A stretch of DNA of 64,000 nucleotides from a virus (taxonomy: Duplodnaviria; Caudoviricetes). Below the pieces are notes generated by a model that saw only the letters and a program-made list of their open reading frames with translations, searched no databases and was not told the DNA's origin. Shown here piece after piece: positions 44,168-52,832 of this stretch. The position numbers and the translations under genes are program-made. Numbering within the stretch: position 1 is the first letter of the stretch; the number at the start of each line of letters is the position of its first letter. Where the stretch lies: positions 1-64,000 of IMG/VR virus record IMGVR_UViG_3300037067_011169; one strand, 5' to 3'.

Positions 44168-44675
44168 GTGTGTGTTCCAAATAGTAGCCGCCGCGATCAG
44201 ATGAACGGTCAAAATCCTTCCAAACGGTACTCAGTCCCATCTGGTCGAATATCCACAGAATCTTTGAATAGCACGCTCGGACAGTAGGTTGTGTTGCCTT
44301 CGAGGTACCAGAAGCTATTGCGTCGCGCCATTGAGCCAACGTTCCAGTGATAATGATGATGTCGCACCCAGCCATCAACGTGGGTACGGAGACAAATGAC
44401 ATCCCAACAGCAACGTTCAGGATGTCAATAAGCTCGTGGGTATCAACCACGACGAGGAAGCCAAAGGATACGTGCGAAAGCAAGCGTGGCGTGATGATGG
44501 ACTGAGAATCCGCCATCGTCGCAAGACACGTCAAATACTTCTCCGATGGACAGAGTTTGCGGTGACTTACGTCGGCTGCCTCCGCCACATTCTGGCCCAG
44601 TGCCTCATGCGTCAGTCCGAGCAGTGTGGCAAAATCAATCGAAGGTTCAGAAATCAATACTGCATTTACTGGCAC
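44160..44675 (-). CDS. degenerate ThyX-like protein (tentative)
   Basis: HVSFGFLV, ITGTLAQWRDAI and VRACYSKIL recall ThyX segments; RHR-x7-S motif absent. Confidence 0.4.
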   Translation of the reverse strand: MPVNAVLISEPSIDFATLLGLTHEALGQNVAEAADVSHRKLCPSEKYLTCLATMADSQSIITPRLLSHVSFGFLVVVDTHELIDILNVAVGMSFVSVPTLMAGCDIIIITGTLAQWRDAIASGTSKATQPTVRACYSKILWIFDQMGLSTVWKDFDRSSDRGGYYLEHTHV

Positions 44676-44917
44676 GCTTCACTCTCCCGGATGTAGCCAG
44701 ACGATTCAGCCCACTCATGCAAGGCCCAGTCTGGGCAGACCTCATGCGCCTCTGTTGCGTTCTCCCTGCACCACTCAAACAGATCACTCTCTTCAAAAAC
44801 CTCGTCTGGCCGTAGTCTCTCCGCTATCCATTCAAGCGCCTGATCCAACAGATCGCTGGTAATCAGGAACGAAAGAAAATCCGAGTTGTCACGATAGGAC
44901 GCCATTGTTGTCTCCAT
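44666..44917 (-). CDS. small acidic hypothetical protein
   Basis: co-oriented ORF. Confidence 0.6.
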   Translation of the reverse strand: METTMASYRDNSDFLSFLITSDLLDQALEWIAERLRPDEVFEESDLFEWCRENATEAHEVCPDWALHEWAESSGYIRESEACQ

Positions 44918-45146
44918 GAAAAGCCGGTTACTGCGTGTTTCACTGATGTCGGTATCATCTCCGCTAGTTCACACGCCCAAAATGAAATGTTCCCACCCGT
45001 GGTTCTCCACCACCGAAACATGGAGAGCCACCCTCACCGGCATAGGTACCCATCCATGATGTGCATCCATAGGAGAGGCACGATGGGTGTGTTCCGATCA
45101 CCATCTCAAGATGATGAACGAATCCCTTCCACGCATGGTGGATGGA

Positions 45147-45890
45147 TCAGCGAGCCCGCGACTTCTTGCTGGGTTCTTCCTTCACAGTTTCCACATCTGG
45201 CGCAGCCGGATGAGTAAACTTGTAAATTTCCGACGAGAGGACCTCTCCAGACGGAAGATTGCCAAAAGGCACCGAACACGGATGTGGCTCAGGGACGTGC
45301 CACGTCTGATTACGCTTGTTCTTAGCCACGCGGACCTTGAGGGTGCAAGGCTCGGCAAAGTGAGGGTGCATCTTACTGACATCCGCGCCGCCGGCAGTCT
45401 TGCGATCAATGTCCGCTTGCGTCAAGGGACAGAAGACTGCAATGTCTCCCGCGATCGGTCGAGTGCTCTTGGCCCCGCAGAACAGTTCCAGGAAACGCCC
45501 AGAACTGCGCTCGAAGACAAGGAAGCTCGTCCCGTAGGCACAGCCCGAATCACGTTCCTCACTGCGAGCCGCGATGTCCTTGAACTCATCAGAGTGAGAA
45601 TCGTAGTTCGTGATGATGGCTTCGCGGTCGCTCATATCGAGCGCCTTGAGCCGCTTTGCCAGGGGCAACACATCGATCTGTGTGCCGAGAACAGTGATCT
45701 TCCCATCGGCCTCCGGGATGCCATAGGTGCCCGGCGGAACGAGGCCCTGATCGATGGCAGGACCTCGGGTGTACAATTGCACTCGACTAAGAAATCGAGT
45801 GGAACGGGACATGTCGGCAAAGTCCGCGTCGTCGCCAAGTTGGGTGCTGGGAAGTTGGTCAAGATTAACAGGAATCAATTCGTTAGTCAT
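45147..45890 (-). CDS. putative single-stranded DNA-binding protein
   Basis: position in replication module, beta-rich, flexible charged termini; no diagnostic motif. Confidence 0.45.
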   Translation of the reverse strand: MTNELIPVNLDQLPSTQLGDDADFADMSRSTRFLSRVQLYTRGPAIDQGLVPPGTYGIPEADGKITVLGTQIDVLPLAKRLKALDMSDREAIITNYDSHSDEFKDIAARSEERDSGCAYGTSFLVFERSSGRFLELFCGAKSTRPIAGDIAVFCPLTQADIDRKTAGGADVSKMHPHFAEPCTLKVRVAKNKRNQTWHVPEPHPCSVPFGNLPSGEVLSSEIYKFTHPAAPDVETVKEEPSKKSRAR

Positions 45891-45958
45891 AGAAATGTCC
45901 AGAAATGAAACAAACAAGAAAGGTAAACAGGATGAAATCACAATGAAATCACAACAAC

Positions 45959-46858
45959 CTACTCCTCTAACATCTGCTCATCAGATACCTCCTTCTTCGC
46001 TCTTGTGCGAATGGTTGCCTCTTGCTCTTCAACACTCTTGCGATCAAGGTGAGAACACCAGCGTAAGCCGGCATAGAACCCGTCCAGAGCGCTCGCACAG
46101 TCTTCTCCCGTACACACAAGCGCTCCAACCTCTCTCGCGGCGAGTTCTCCCTCAACCTCTTTGATGCTTCGCAGATGGGCCTGCGGCTTGAATTGAGCCG
46201 AATAGTAGGCTTCCATCGTGCCCTGTTTGACTGCCTCGGTGAACTGCTTGATGCAGGCCGCCGACAATGCCCGAAACTCTGTCGCAGGCATCAGTTGAGC
46301 CCTCTCCACAAATCCCTCTTGAAGGAAGTTGGGGATTCGAGCCAACCGATAGGCGTTGTCCAGGGGTATCTCTCCTCGATCCACCATCACCTGGAAACGC
46401 TTTTCCAGTTTGGTCAGATTGAGGAGATTGCTGATCCAGGCGGGTGTCTTGCGGATGAGGCAAGCCAACTCACGCTGGGTCATGCCAGGGTTCTGAGCCA
46501 GAATCTTCTTCAGACGCTGGGCATATTCCACTGGCTGCGTCTCGGGAGAGATCGCGTTTGCCTGGAGTTGAAGAACAAGGACTTTGCTATCGTCCATCTC
46601 TCGAATAAGGCAAGGAATGGTCTCCAGACCAACCTCCCTTGCACAGGTAAAGCGGTAGTTGCCTTCAACTACCTCGTATAATCCCGGATTCAGGGGTCGC
46701 ACCAGGATAGGCTGAAGAATGCCTTGTTCCCGGATGCTGTCGCACATCTCCAAGTATTCGACTGAATCCCGATTGACGCGGCGAAGCAGAATCTTGGGCT
46801 CCCTCAGCGCCGTGATAGGCAGGTCTGCCAATCTGTTTATCTTTGGTTGTCCACACAA
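45959..46858 (-). CDS. second ParB/Spo0J-like protein
   Basis: GILQPILVR, YEVVEGNYRF, HTH TQRELACLIRKTPAWIS. Confidence 0.88.
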   Translation of the reverse strand: MCGQPKINRLADLPITALREPKILLRRVNRDSVEYLEMCDSIREQGILQPILVRPLNPGLYEVVEGNYRFTCAREVGLETIPCLIREMDDSKVLVLQLQANAISPETQPVEYAQRLKKILAQNPGMTQRELACLIRKTPAWISNLLNLTKLEKRFQVMVDRGEIPLDNAYRLARIPNFLQEGFVERAQLMPATEFRALSAACIKQFTEAVKQGTMEAYYSAQFKPQAHLRSIKEVEGELAAREVGALVCTGEDCASALDGFYAGLRWCSHLDRKSVEEQEATIRTRAKKEVSDEQMLEE

Positions 46859-46877
46859 GTGCTCTCTCCTGTCCTCT

Positions 46878-47049
46878 CACTAATACAGTAGCGCAGAAAA
46901 CGATAAATTGTTCCAATCCGAAAGGAATTCTTGGAAAATAGTTGTCATTGACGCGGCGATCGCTGACGAGAAACACGTCTCGCAACTTTTTTCTCAGAAT
47001 TCCGCGCGGATTGGAACAATTTTCTTCGTTCTGCGCTACTGTATTAGTG
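46878..47049. repeat. ~170-bp imperfect palindrome at the strand switch (divergent promoters / possible origin)
   Basis: arms 46878-46944 and 46983-47049; outer 19 bp CACTAATACAGTAGCGCAG perfect; also AATTGTTCCAATCCG and GAATTC..GTTG. Confidence 0.8.
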
Positions 47050-47097
47050 GGCGACAGAGATGAGGATGTAGTTGGGAGATATTGGGAGACAGTATTG

Positions 47098-49797
47098 ATG
47101 AAAGTAAGCGAGGGATTACGGAACTTCTTGAACGCGAAGAAGACGGCGAACAACGCTGATCTGGTTGATCGATGGTCGATCGACATGGAGCTTCAACTGA
47201 ATGTGGCGGCGGACGGCAACCCAGCAGTAGAAGGAAAGAGGAACACCTACGACGACGGGCAGTTTGAGTATTTCAGTTTCCGCATTCCCAAGGATGCGGC
47301 TCACGAGCCTCATTTCCGGGATTGGACGCTGACCTGGCCGTTCGATCTCCACGCGGAAGGGATCGGGATGACCGGCTGGAACTGGAAACTCCGAAAGTCC
47401 ATGTGGGTGGGGTTTGACTTCGATGCCATTACCGGGCACGCGCCGGGGGTGGGCGTCGAGGAAGACGAATTGGAGCGGGTGAAGCAAGTGGCTATGAGTC
47501 TGCCCTATATTGAGGTCAGGAAGAGCACTGGCGGCGGCGGTATTCACCTATATGTGCATCTGGACGGCATTCCGACAGCCAACCACACCGAGCACGCAGC
47601 CCTGTCCCGCTGTATTCTCGGGATGATGAGTTCCGAAACCGGCTTCGACTTCGCCAGTCAGATTGACGCCTGTGGTGGGAACATGTGGTTTTGGCACCGC
47701 AAAATGACGGCTGAGAACGAAGGGCTCAAGATTCTCAAGAAGGCTGAGAAGACGCTGGCGATCGAGGACCTGCCTCCGAACTGGCGGGATCACGTCGAAG
47801 TGGTCACCCGGCGGCGGTCCAAGATTCGCGTGATGGCCGAGATGGGCGAATCCGAGATTGACCCCTTTGAACAGTTTGCCTCTGCCAGGCGGATGGTTCC
47901 GCTGGACGAGAAGCACAAGTGGCTTGTTGAGGAACTGAAGCACTCGGGGTTTTCCACGATCTGGGTGCCAGACCATCACTTGCTGCAAACCCATACAGTG
48001 GCCCTCCAGGAAACGTGGGAGAAGGGCAACATCGAAGGCATCTTCAAAACCAACAGCAAGGGTGACCATAAGGAGACGCCCAACTGCTTCATGTTCCCGA
48101 TGGACAAAGGAGCATGGCACGTCTACCGCTTCAGCGAAGGGGTGAACGAAGCCGAGACCTGGCGGCAGGACAAGGAAGGGTGGACGAATTGCTTTTACAA
48201 CAGGAAGCCCACGCTATCGATTGCGGCTCGTGCGATGGGCGGTCAGGAGGACCCTGATAAGGGAGGCTTCTCATTCAATACCGTCACAGAGGCCATCAAG
48301 GCTGCGGAGGTCCTGGGACAAACCATCAACGTGGACGAAGTCTACCAACATAGGACAGCAAAGCTGAAGAGCCATAAGGATGGACGGCTCATCATGCAGA
48401 TTGATAAGCATCCCAATGAAAAGGATGCAATCCTGGCCGGATGGATCAGCAAACCACGAGGTTGGATCAAACTCTTTGACACGATCGTTGAAGAAACGAT
48501 GGAAGACAGCACGTTCGCCGAGTACGACAATATCATCCGTCAGATGATTACGCCAGCTAACGATGATGCTGGATGGTACATACGCTCGCCTGACAACTCA
48601 TGGCAACGCTTTTCGACGGAGAAAGTCAAACTGCGTCTGTTGGCGTTGGGAAACAGCAAACCCCAGATCGACCTGATTCTCGGCAGTACACTTGGCAAGA
48701 CCTGGAAGTTGGTCAACGTTCCTTTCCAACCAGAATACCCTGGCAATCGACAATGGAATGTAGACGCTGCTCAGTACAGCTACAAGCCAGTCGAGCTTGA
48801 CTATGACCAAGCGCCTCAACACCCCCATTGGGACAAGGTCCTGCGTCACTGCGGAGGCGATCTCGATAAGGCCGTGAGGGAAAACGAATGGTGTAAGGTC
48901 CACAATATCACATCGGGGGCCGACTTCCTTCTCTATTGGATGGCCTTCATTCTGAGAGAACCTTTTGTGCCACTTCCCTACTTGTTCTTCTATGGAAATC
49001 AGAATTGCGGCAAATCCATCTTCCACCAAGCGTTCAAATTGCTGGTCAGCAGTGGAGTAGCATCCGCCGACCGAGCACTAGGAAGCAACAACGATTTCAA
49101 TGGAGAGTTGGCCAACTGCGTCCTGGCCTATGTTGAAGAGACTGACTTGTCCTCCAATGGCGGCAAGGCATACTCACGAATCAAGGATTGGACAACGAAC
49201 GACGAACTCTGGATTCGGCGAATGCGCACCGATGCGTACAAGCAACGCAATACCCTCCACTTCGTTCATACAGCAAACAAACTGAAGCATCTTTATTTGG
49301 AGCCCAACGATACGAGAATTGTAGTGGCTTACGTTCCTGACTTTGAACCGAACGAAGAGATCGCACACGACGCACTCATCGAGAGACTCAAGAATGAAGC
49401 ACCTCATTTCATGCGCACGATTATGGATTTAACCCTCCCGGCCCCTCATAGTCGGCTTGGGTTGCCGCCTCTCCGCACCAAGAACAAGGATAGGGCGGAA
49501 GAAATCCACGGCAACGCGATGGACTCCTTCATTTCGGAAAACTGTTATCCGACGCCTGGAGGACTCATTGAGTTCAACAAATTCTACAAGCTCTTCACCG
49601 AATGGCTTCCTCCTGACGGTCGTGCTGCCTGGCGTAAGAATGTAGTGATTGATGAAATCAAACAGCGCTTTCCCTACGGGGCACACACGGCCAATAAGCG
49701 GATGATCGGCAATCTCTCCTTTGAGCCAGCCGAACAAATCAAGGATCATACGCCATGGATGGTAGACGACACAAGTAGACTCGTGAGGACAACGTAA
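47098..49797 (+). CDS. primase-helicase (AEP-like N-terminus, C-terminal P-loop NTPase)
   Basis: DFD, RKSTGGGGIHLY; YGNQNCGKS, VEET, TAN. Confidence 0.85.
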   Translation: MKVSEGLRNFLNAKKTANNADLVDRWSIDMELQLNVAADGNPAVEGKRNTYDDGQFEYFSFRIPKDAAHEPHFRDWTLTWPFDLHAEGIGMTGWNWKLRKSMWVGFDFDAITGHAPGVGVEEDELERVKQVAMSLPYIEVRKSTGGGGIHLYVHLDGIPTANHTEHAALSRCILGMMSSETGFDFASQIDACGGNMWFWHRKMTAENEGLKILKKAEKTLAIEDLPPNWRDHVEVVTRRRSKIRVMAEMGESEIDPFEQFASARRMVPLDEKHKWLVEELKHSGFSTIWVPDHHLLQTHTVALQETWEKGNIEGIFKTNSKGDHKETPNCFMFPMDKGAWHVYRFSEGVNEAETWRQDKEGWTNCFYNRKPTLSIAARAMGGQEDPDKGGFSFNTVTEAIKAAEVLGQTINVDEVYQHRTAKLKSHKDGRLIMQIDKHPNEKDAILAGWISKPRGWIKLFDTIVEETMEDSTFAEYDNIIRQMITPANDDAGWYIRSPDNSWQRFSTEKVKLRLLALGNSKPQIDLILGSTLGKTWKLVNVPFQPEYPGNRQWNVDAAQYSYKPVELDYDQAPQHPHWDKVLRHCGGDLDKAVRENEWCKVHNITSGADFLLYWMAFILREPFVPLPYLFFYGNQNCGKSIFHQAFKLLVSSGVASADRALGSNNDFNGELANCVLAYVEETDLSSNGGKAYSRIKDWTTNDELWIRRMRTDAYKQRNTLHFVHTANKLKHLYLEPNDTRIVVAYVPDFEPNEEIAHDALIERLKNEAPHFMRTIMDLTLPAPHSRLGLPPLRTKNKDRAEEIHGNAMDSFISENCYPTPGGLIEFNKFYKLFTEWLPPDGRAAWRKNVVIDEIKQRFPYGAHTANKRMIGNLSFEPAEQIKDHTPWMVDDTSRLVRTT

Positions 49798-49808
49798 GAG
49801 GCAAGAGA

Positions 49809-50183
49809 ATGAAGTACGACATGAAGGACGGTGGGACAAGACAAACGTTTGGCAACGGGATGGCTATTCGTGACACGGCGGACGACAAACCACGACCTGA
49901 CCTGATTTCACCGTTCGCGGATGAGCGAGTCGGATATTGGTTGAAAATGGGGGCACAGAAATACTCGGAACGCAACTGGGAGAAAGGAATGCCCTTTTCC
50001 CGTTGTGTAGCCTCACTCCGCAGACACATCATGCGATACCAACAAGGAATGCGAGATGAAGATCACCTGGCAGCCATCATCTTCAATGCCATGGCGTTGA
50101 TTCATTATGAAGAGATGATCGAGAGAGGGGTACTACCTGCTGAGTTAGATGACCTGCCCAAATATCAGAGGATCACTCCATGA
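49809..50183 (+). CDS. dATP/dGTP diphosphohydrolase-domain protein (DUF5664-like)
   Basis: KPRPDLI, GAQKYSERNWEKG, SLRRH, EDHLAA. Confidence 0.8.
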   Translation: MKYDMKDGGTRQTFGNGMAIRDTADDKPRPDLISPFADERVGYWLKMGAQKYSERNWEKGMPFSRCVASLRRHIMRYQQGMRDEDHLAAIIFNAMALIHYEEMIERGVLPAELDDLPKYQRITP

Positions 50184-50800
50184 CGACTGTCTATCCAAGC
50201 ATGGTCCATTTGAATGGTAATGTGTTGGCTTCAATCGACTTGGAGACAACCGGGTTGAAGGCTGGTTATCACGAGCCGATTCAGTTGGCGGTGGTGCCGC
50301 TTGATTCCGATCTTTACCCACTCGAAGGGGTCCGGCCTTTTGTGACCTACATCAAGCCGGAGTATCCTGAAAGGCAGGACCCATCAGCGGGGCATATCCA
50401 TAACATCCCGATCGAAGACCTGGTGCTTCATGCGCCAGATGCAGGCAAGGTACAGGACCTGTTCGTGGAATGGTGGGAGAAACTCGATCTGCCATTCGGC
50501 AAGAGATTAGTGCCGTTGGCTCACAATTGGGCCTTTGAAGCCCGTTTCCTGCACGACTGGCTGGGTGTTGATCTGACCGAGAAACTATTCTACGGGCACG
50601 CAAGAGACGCCATGCTTTATGCGCTCAACCTGAATGATAAGGCAGCCTTCATGGGCATACCGGCTCCGTTCCCACAAGTCGGCCTCAATTCCATCTGCAA
50701 GAAGTTCAACATCATCAATGAGAATCCGCACGACGCATACTCGGATGCGATGGCGGAAGCCGAATGCTATCGAGCGATGTTGATGATGGACCTGATCTAA
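50180..50800 (+). CDS. second DEDDh 3'-5' exonuclease
   Basis: IDLETTGL, AHNWAFE, HDAYSDA. Confidence 0.88.
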   Translation: MTTVYPSMVHLNGNVLASIDLETTGLKAGYHEPIQLAVVPLDSDLYPLEGVRPFVTYIKPEYPERQDPSAGHIHNIPIEDLVLHAPDAGKVQDLFVEWWEKLDLPFGKRLVPLAHNWAFEARFLHDWLGVDLTEKLFYGHARDAMLYALNLNDKAAFMGIPAPFPQVGLNSICKKFNIINENPHDAYSDAMAEAECYRAMLMMDLI

Positions 50801-50850
50801 TTTCATCTGACCTCATCTGACCTCATCTGACCCTACCTGATTCGACGAAG

Positions 50851-50882
50851 AAGGCCCGCTGGTGTGAACCGGCGGGCCTTTT
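50851..50882. terminator. bidirectional intrinsic terminator
   Basis: AAGGCCCGCTGG / CCGGCGGGCCTT between convergent genes. Confidence 0.8.
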
Positions 50883-50898
50883 GCATTCCGTTGCGGGC

Positions 50899-51093
50899 CT
50901 ATCTGCCTCTACGGGAAAACCCTTTTAGCGTCCTTGCCAAAGAGATTTGCCGTTTCGTGGTAGTCGAGATGTTGGAAGGTGGGTTCGCCATGTAGGCGGA
51001 TACAGACATCCCAGCCACTTTCGCTTTTCGCGTCAAGGCACCGGGATTCTCGATTGCTTCAGCGATCCACTTCTTTTTCTTCCTCTTTGCCAT
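50899..51093 (-). CDS. small basic phage protein
   Basis: KWIAEAIENPGAL...LARTL. Confidence 0.7.
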   Translation of the reverse strand: MAKRKKKKWIAEAIENPGALTRKAKVAGMSVSAYMANPPSNISTTTKRQISLARTLKGFSRRGR

Positions 51094-51476
51094 TACCATA
51101 ATCCTCTTGGACAATGTTCCGTCGCCATCCTGATCTTGTTCCTAATCGCCCAGCCTGTTTTGGCGACACGGCAACCACAAGCTCTGCAATTGTTCTTTGG
51201 ACCTCGCCATTCACATGACCCACAACATGAGTCATAGATGTGATCCACTTCCCTATCTGGTCTAATAGGACATCCAACGCGGCCCCACCTTATGAGCGCC
51301 TCGGCATAGGTATGACCACGCTCTCCCAAATCCGGCGTTGTCCCCTTGCAGTATTCGCACGCCCTCGGCATAACCCGCTTTTGATAGGCAGGAGTTCCTT
51401 GGAAGAGGCACACTCGATGGATTGTCTTCCCGGTGGTCGTCTTGCTGTCAAAAGCATAGGAGCATGGAGGAAACAT
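51093..51476 (-). CDS. Cys-rich Zn-binding protein
   Basis: CGSC...CRACGC...K...HCP..W; TAATG overlaps. Confidence 0.65.
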   Translation of the reverse strand: MFPPCSYAFDSKTTTGKTIHRVCLFQGTPAYQKRVMPRACEYCKGTTPDLGERGHTYAEALIRWGRVGCPIRPDREVDHIYDSCCGSCEWRGPKNNCRACGCRVAKTGWAIRNKIRMATEHCPRGLW

Positions 51477-52219
51477 TAGCAACACGCCGCTGTAGACGAC
51501 TCCCATGTTTGCACTCTCGCTTCCGAAACAATCGAGGGAGTCGTGCCGATGTCTGTCGTAATGGAAGTCGTGTAAGTTCCTACCGGGGCTGGGGCCTCGA
51601 CGATTCCATCACAATCAAAAGTTAAGTCTCCCATAGAGGAAGTCTTATCAACCTGATAAGGCAATCCTTCGATCGTATAGGAGAACCTCGCCTGCAACTC
51701 AGAATCAAGGGTGTAGCCCTGAACACCAGCAAAACCGAACTCCTCCCCTTCGCATTCAGCGAAGGACCAATTGGCTGTGTACTTCCAGAAATCATAGCCA
51801 GCAAACGTATGGTCATAAACGAACGTAGAGCTAAACTGATGTGGAGCATACGCAGCCGTTCCATCCAAGTCTATCACGTCCTGTGCCATTGCTTCCGTGC
51901 ATTTACATTCATAGTTGGCGCGAACTAGATTGAACTCATCCATGATGTCCTGCTTCCATTTGACCAGGTCAACAGGAAACTCTAGCGTTGCCCAAAAATG
52001 ATCGACCTCGGCTTTCCACCTGGTAAACAGGGTCTCCAACACAGTCACCTTCTTGGTGATATAGAGGAGATACTCTCTCAGAAACAATACATCCATCTTG
52101 GACCATTTATGTTTTTCACCTACTGGTTCAGTATCCCCGTACCATGAGCAATCTGTCCTTGCATCATTGAAGAATTGAAGCAGGTCGTTCCAATCTGCGC
52201 GTGTCAAAACATTAGCCAT
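51476..52219 (-). CDS. hypothetical late-module protein
   Basis: long ORF with SD. Confidence 0.65.
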   Translation of the reverse strand: MANVLTRADWNDLLQFFNDARTDCSWYGDTEPVGEKHKWSKMDVLFLREYLLYITKKVTVLETLFTRWKAEVDHFWATLEFPVDLVKWKQDIMDEFNLVRANYECKCTEAMAQDVIDLDGTAAYAPHQFSSTFVYDHTFAGYDFWKYTANWSFAECEGEEFGFAGVQGYTLDSELQARFSYTIEGLPYQVDKTSSMGDLTFDCDGIVEAPAPVGTYTTSITTDIGTTPSIVSEARVQTWESSTAACC

Positions 52220-52247
52220 GAAATCACCCAGGGATGCTTAGGGATGC

Positions 52248-52823
52248 CTAGTTGTAGAACTGTGAGGTAGACAACCCCTGACGATCACTCGCAGAAGTCA
52301 GAAGCCGAATCACCTTCGTTGGAGCGAAGTCCACCAGCTTGCACCGGGAGATATAGACGCCATACTGGCGCAACTCCCGACGAACTTCCTTCGTACACAT
52401 GTGAGCGAGGCTTCCATTGGCTTGGGCCGCGAGAATCTCTTCGCACGTATGCGTCACGATCACCCGGGCTACGGCTGCCTGAGTCAGATCGTTGATCGTT
52501 GTATCAACGTCCCAATTGTTACGGCCGATGGCTCGCTCGACATCAGGAATACGGTAGACAACGAGCGTTTTGAACCCGACCGTCTTCCAATCCTTGGTAA
52601 TCATGTACTGGTCGGGAATGCTCAGCGTTTGCCGGGCAGTAACGATGACCTCAACATCGGTCGTCAGTGGCCAGTAGACATGGAGGCCCGGTTGAAGAGC
52701 CACCACCCTTTTTCCACGAACCCATTTGACACCACCGTGAGTAGCACGGACGATGAGAATACGTGGAAAGAACTGATAGATGGCCTGAAAGATTTGATTG
52801 AGCCATGCAAATGCGCTTTCCAC
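52248..52823 (-). CDS. second SPFH/Band-7 domain protein
   Basis: HGGVKWVRGK...PGLHVYWP, QYMITKD, VYRI, YGVYI. Confidence 0.75.
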   Translation of the reverse strand: MESAFAWLNQIFQAIYQFFPRILIVRATHGGVKWVRGKRVVALQPGLHVYWPLTTDVEVIVTARQTLSIPDQYMITKDWKTVGFKTLVVYRIPDVERAIGRNNWDVDTTINDLTQAAVARVIVTHTCEEILAAQANGSLAHMCTKEVRRELRQYGVYISRCKLVDFAPTKVIRLLTSASDRQGLSTSQFYN

Positions 52824-52832
52824 AAATTGCTC

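Noticed and set aside
44925-45146. Hammerhead, T-box or cobalamin riboswitch
   Set aside because: Core motifs (CUGANGA, UGGNACC, full B12 box) not found on either strand
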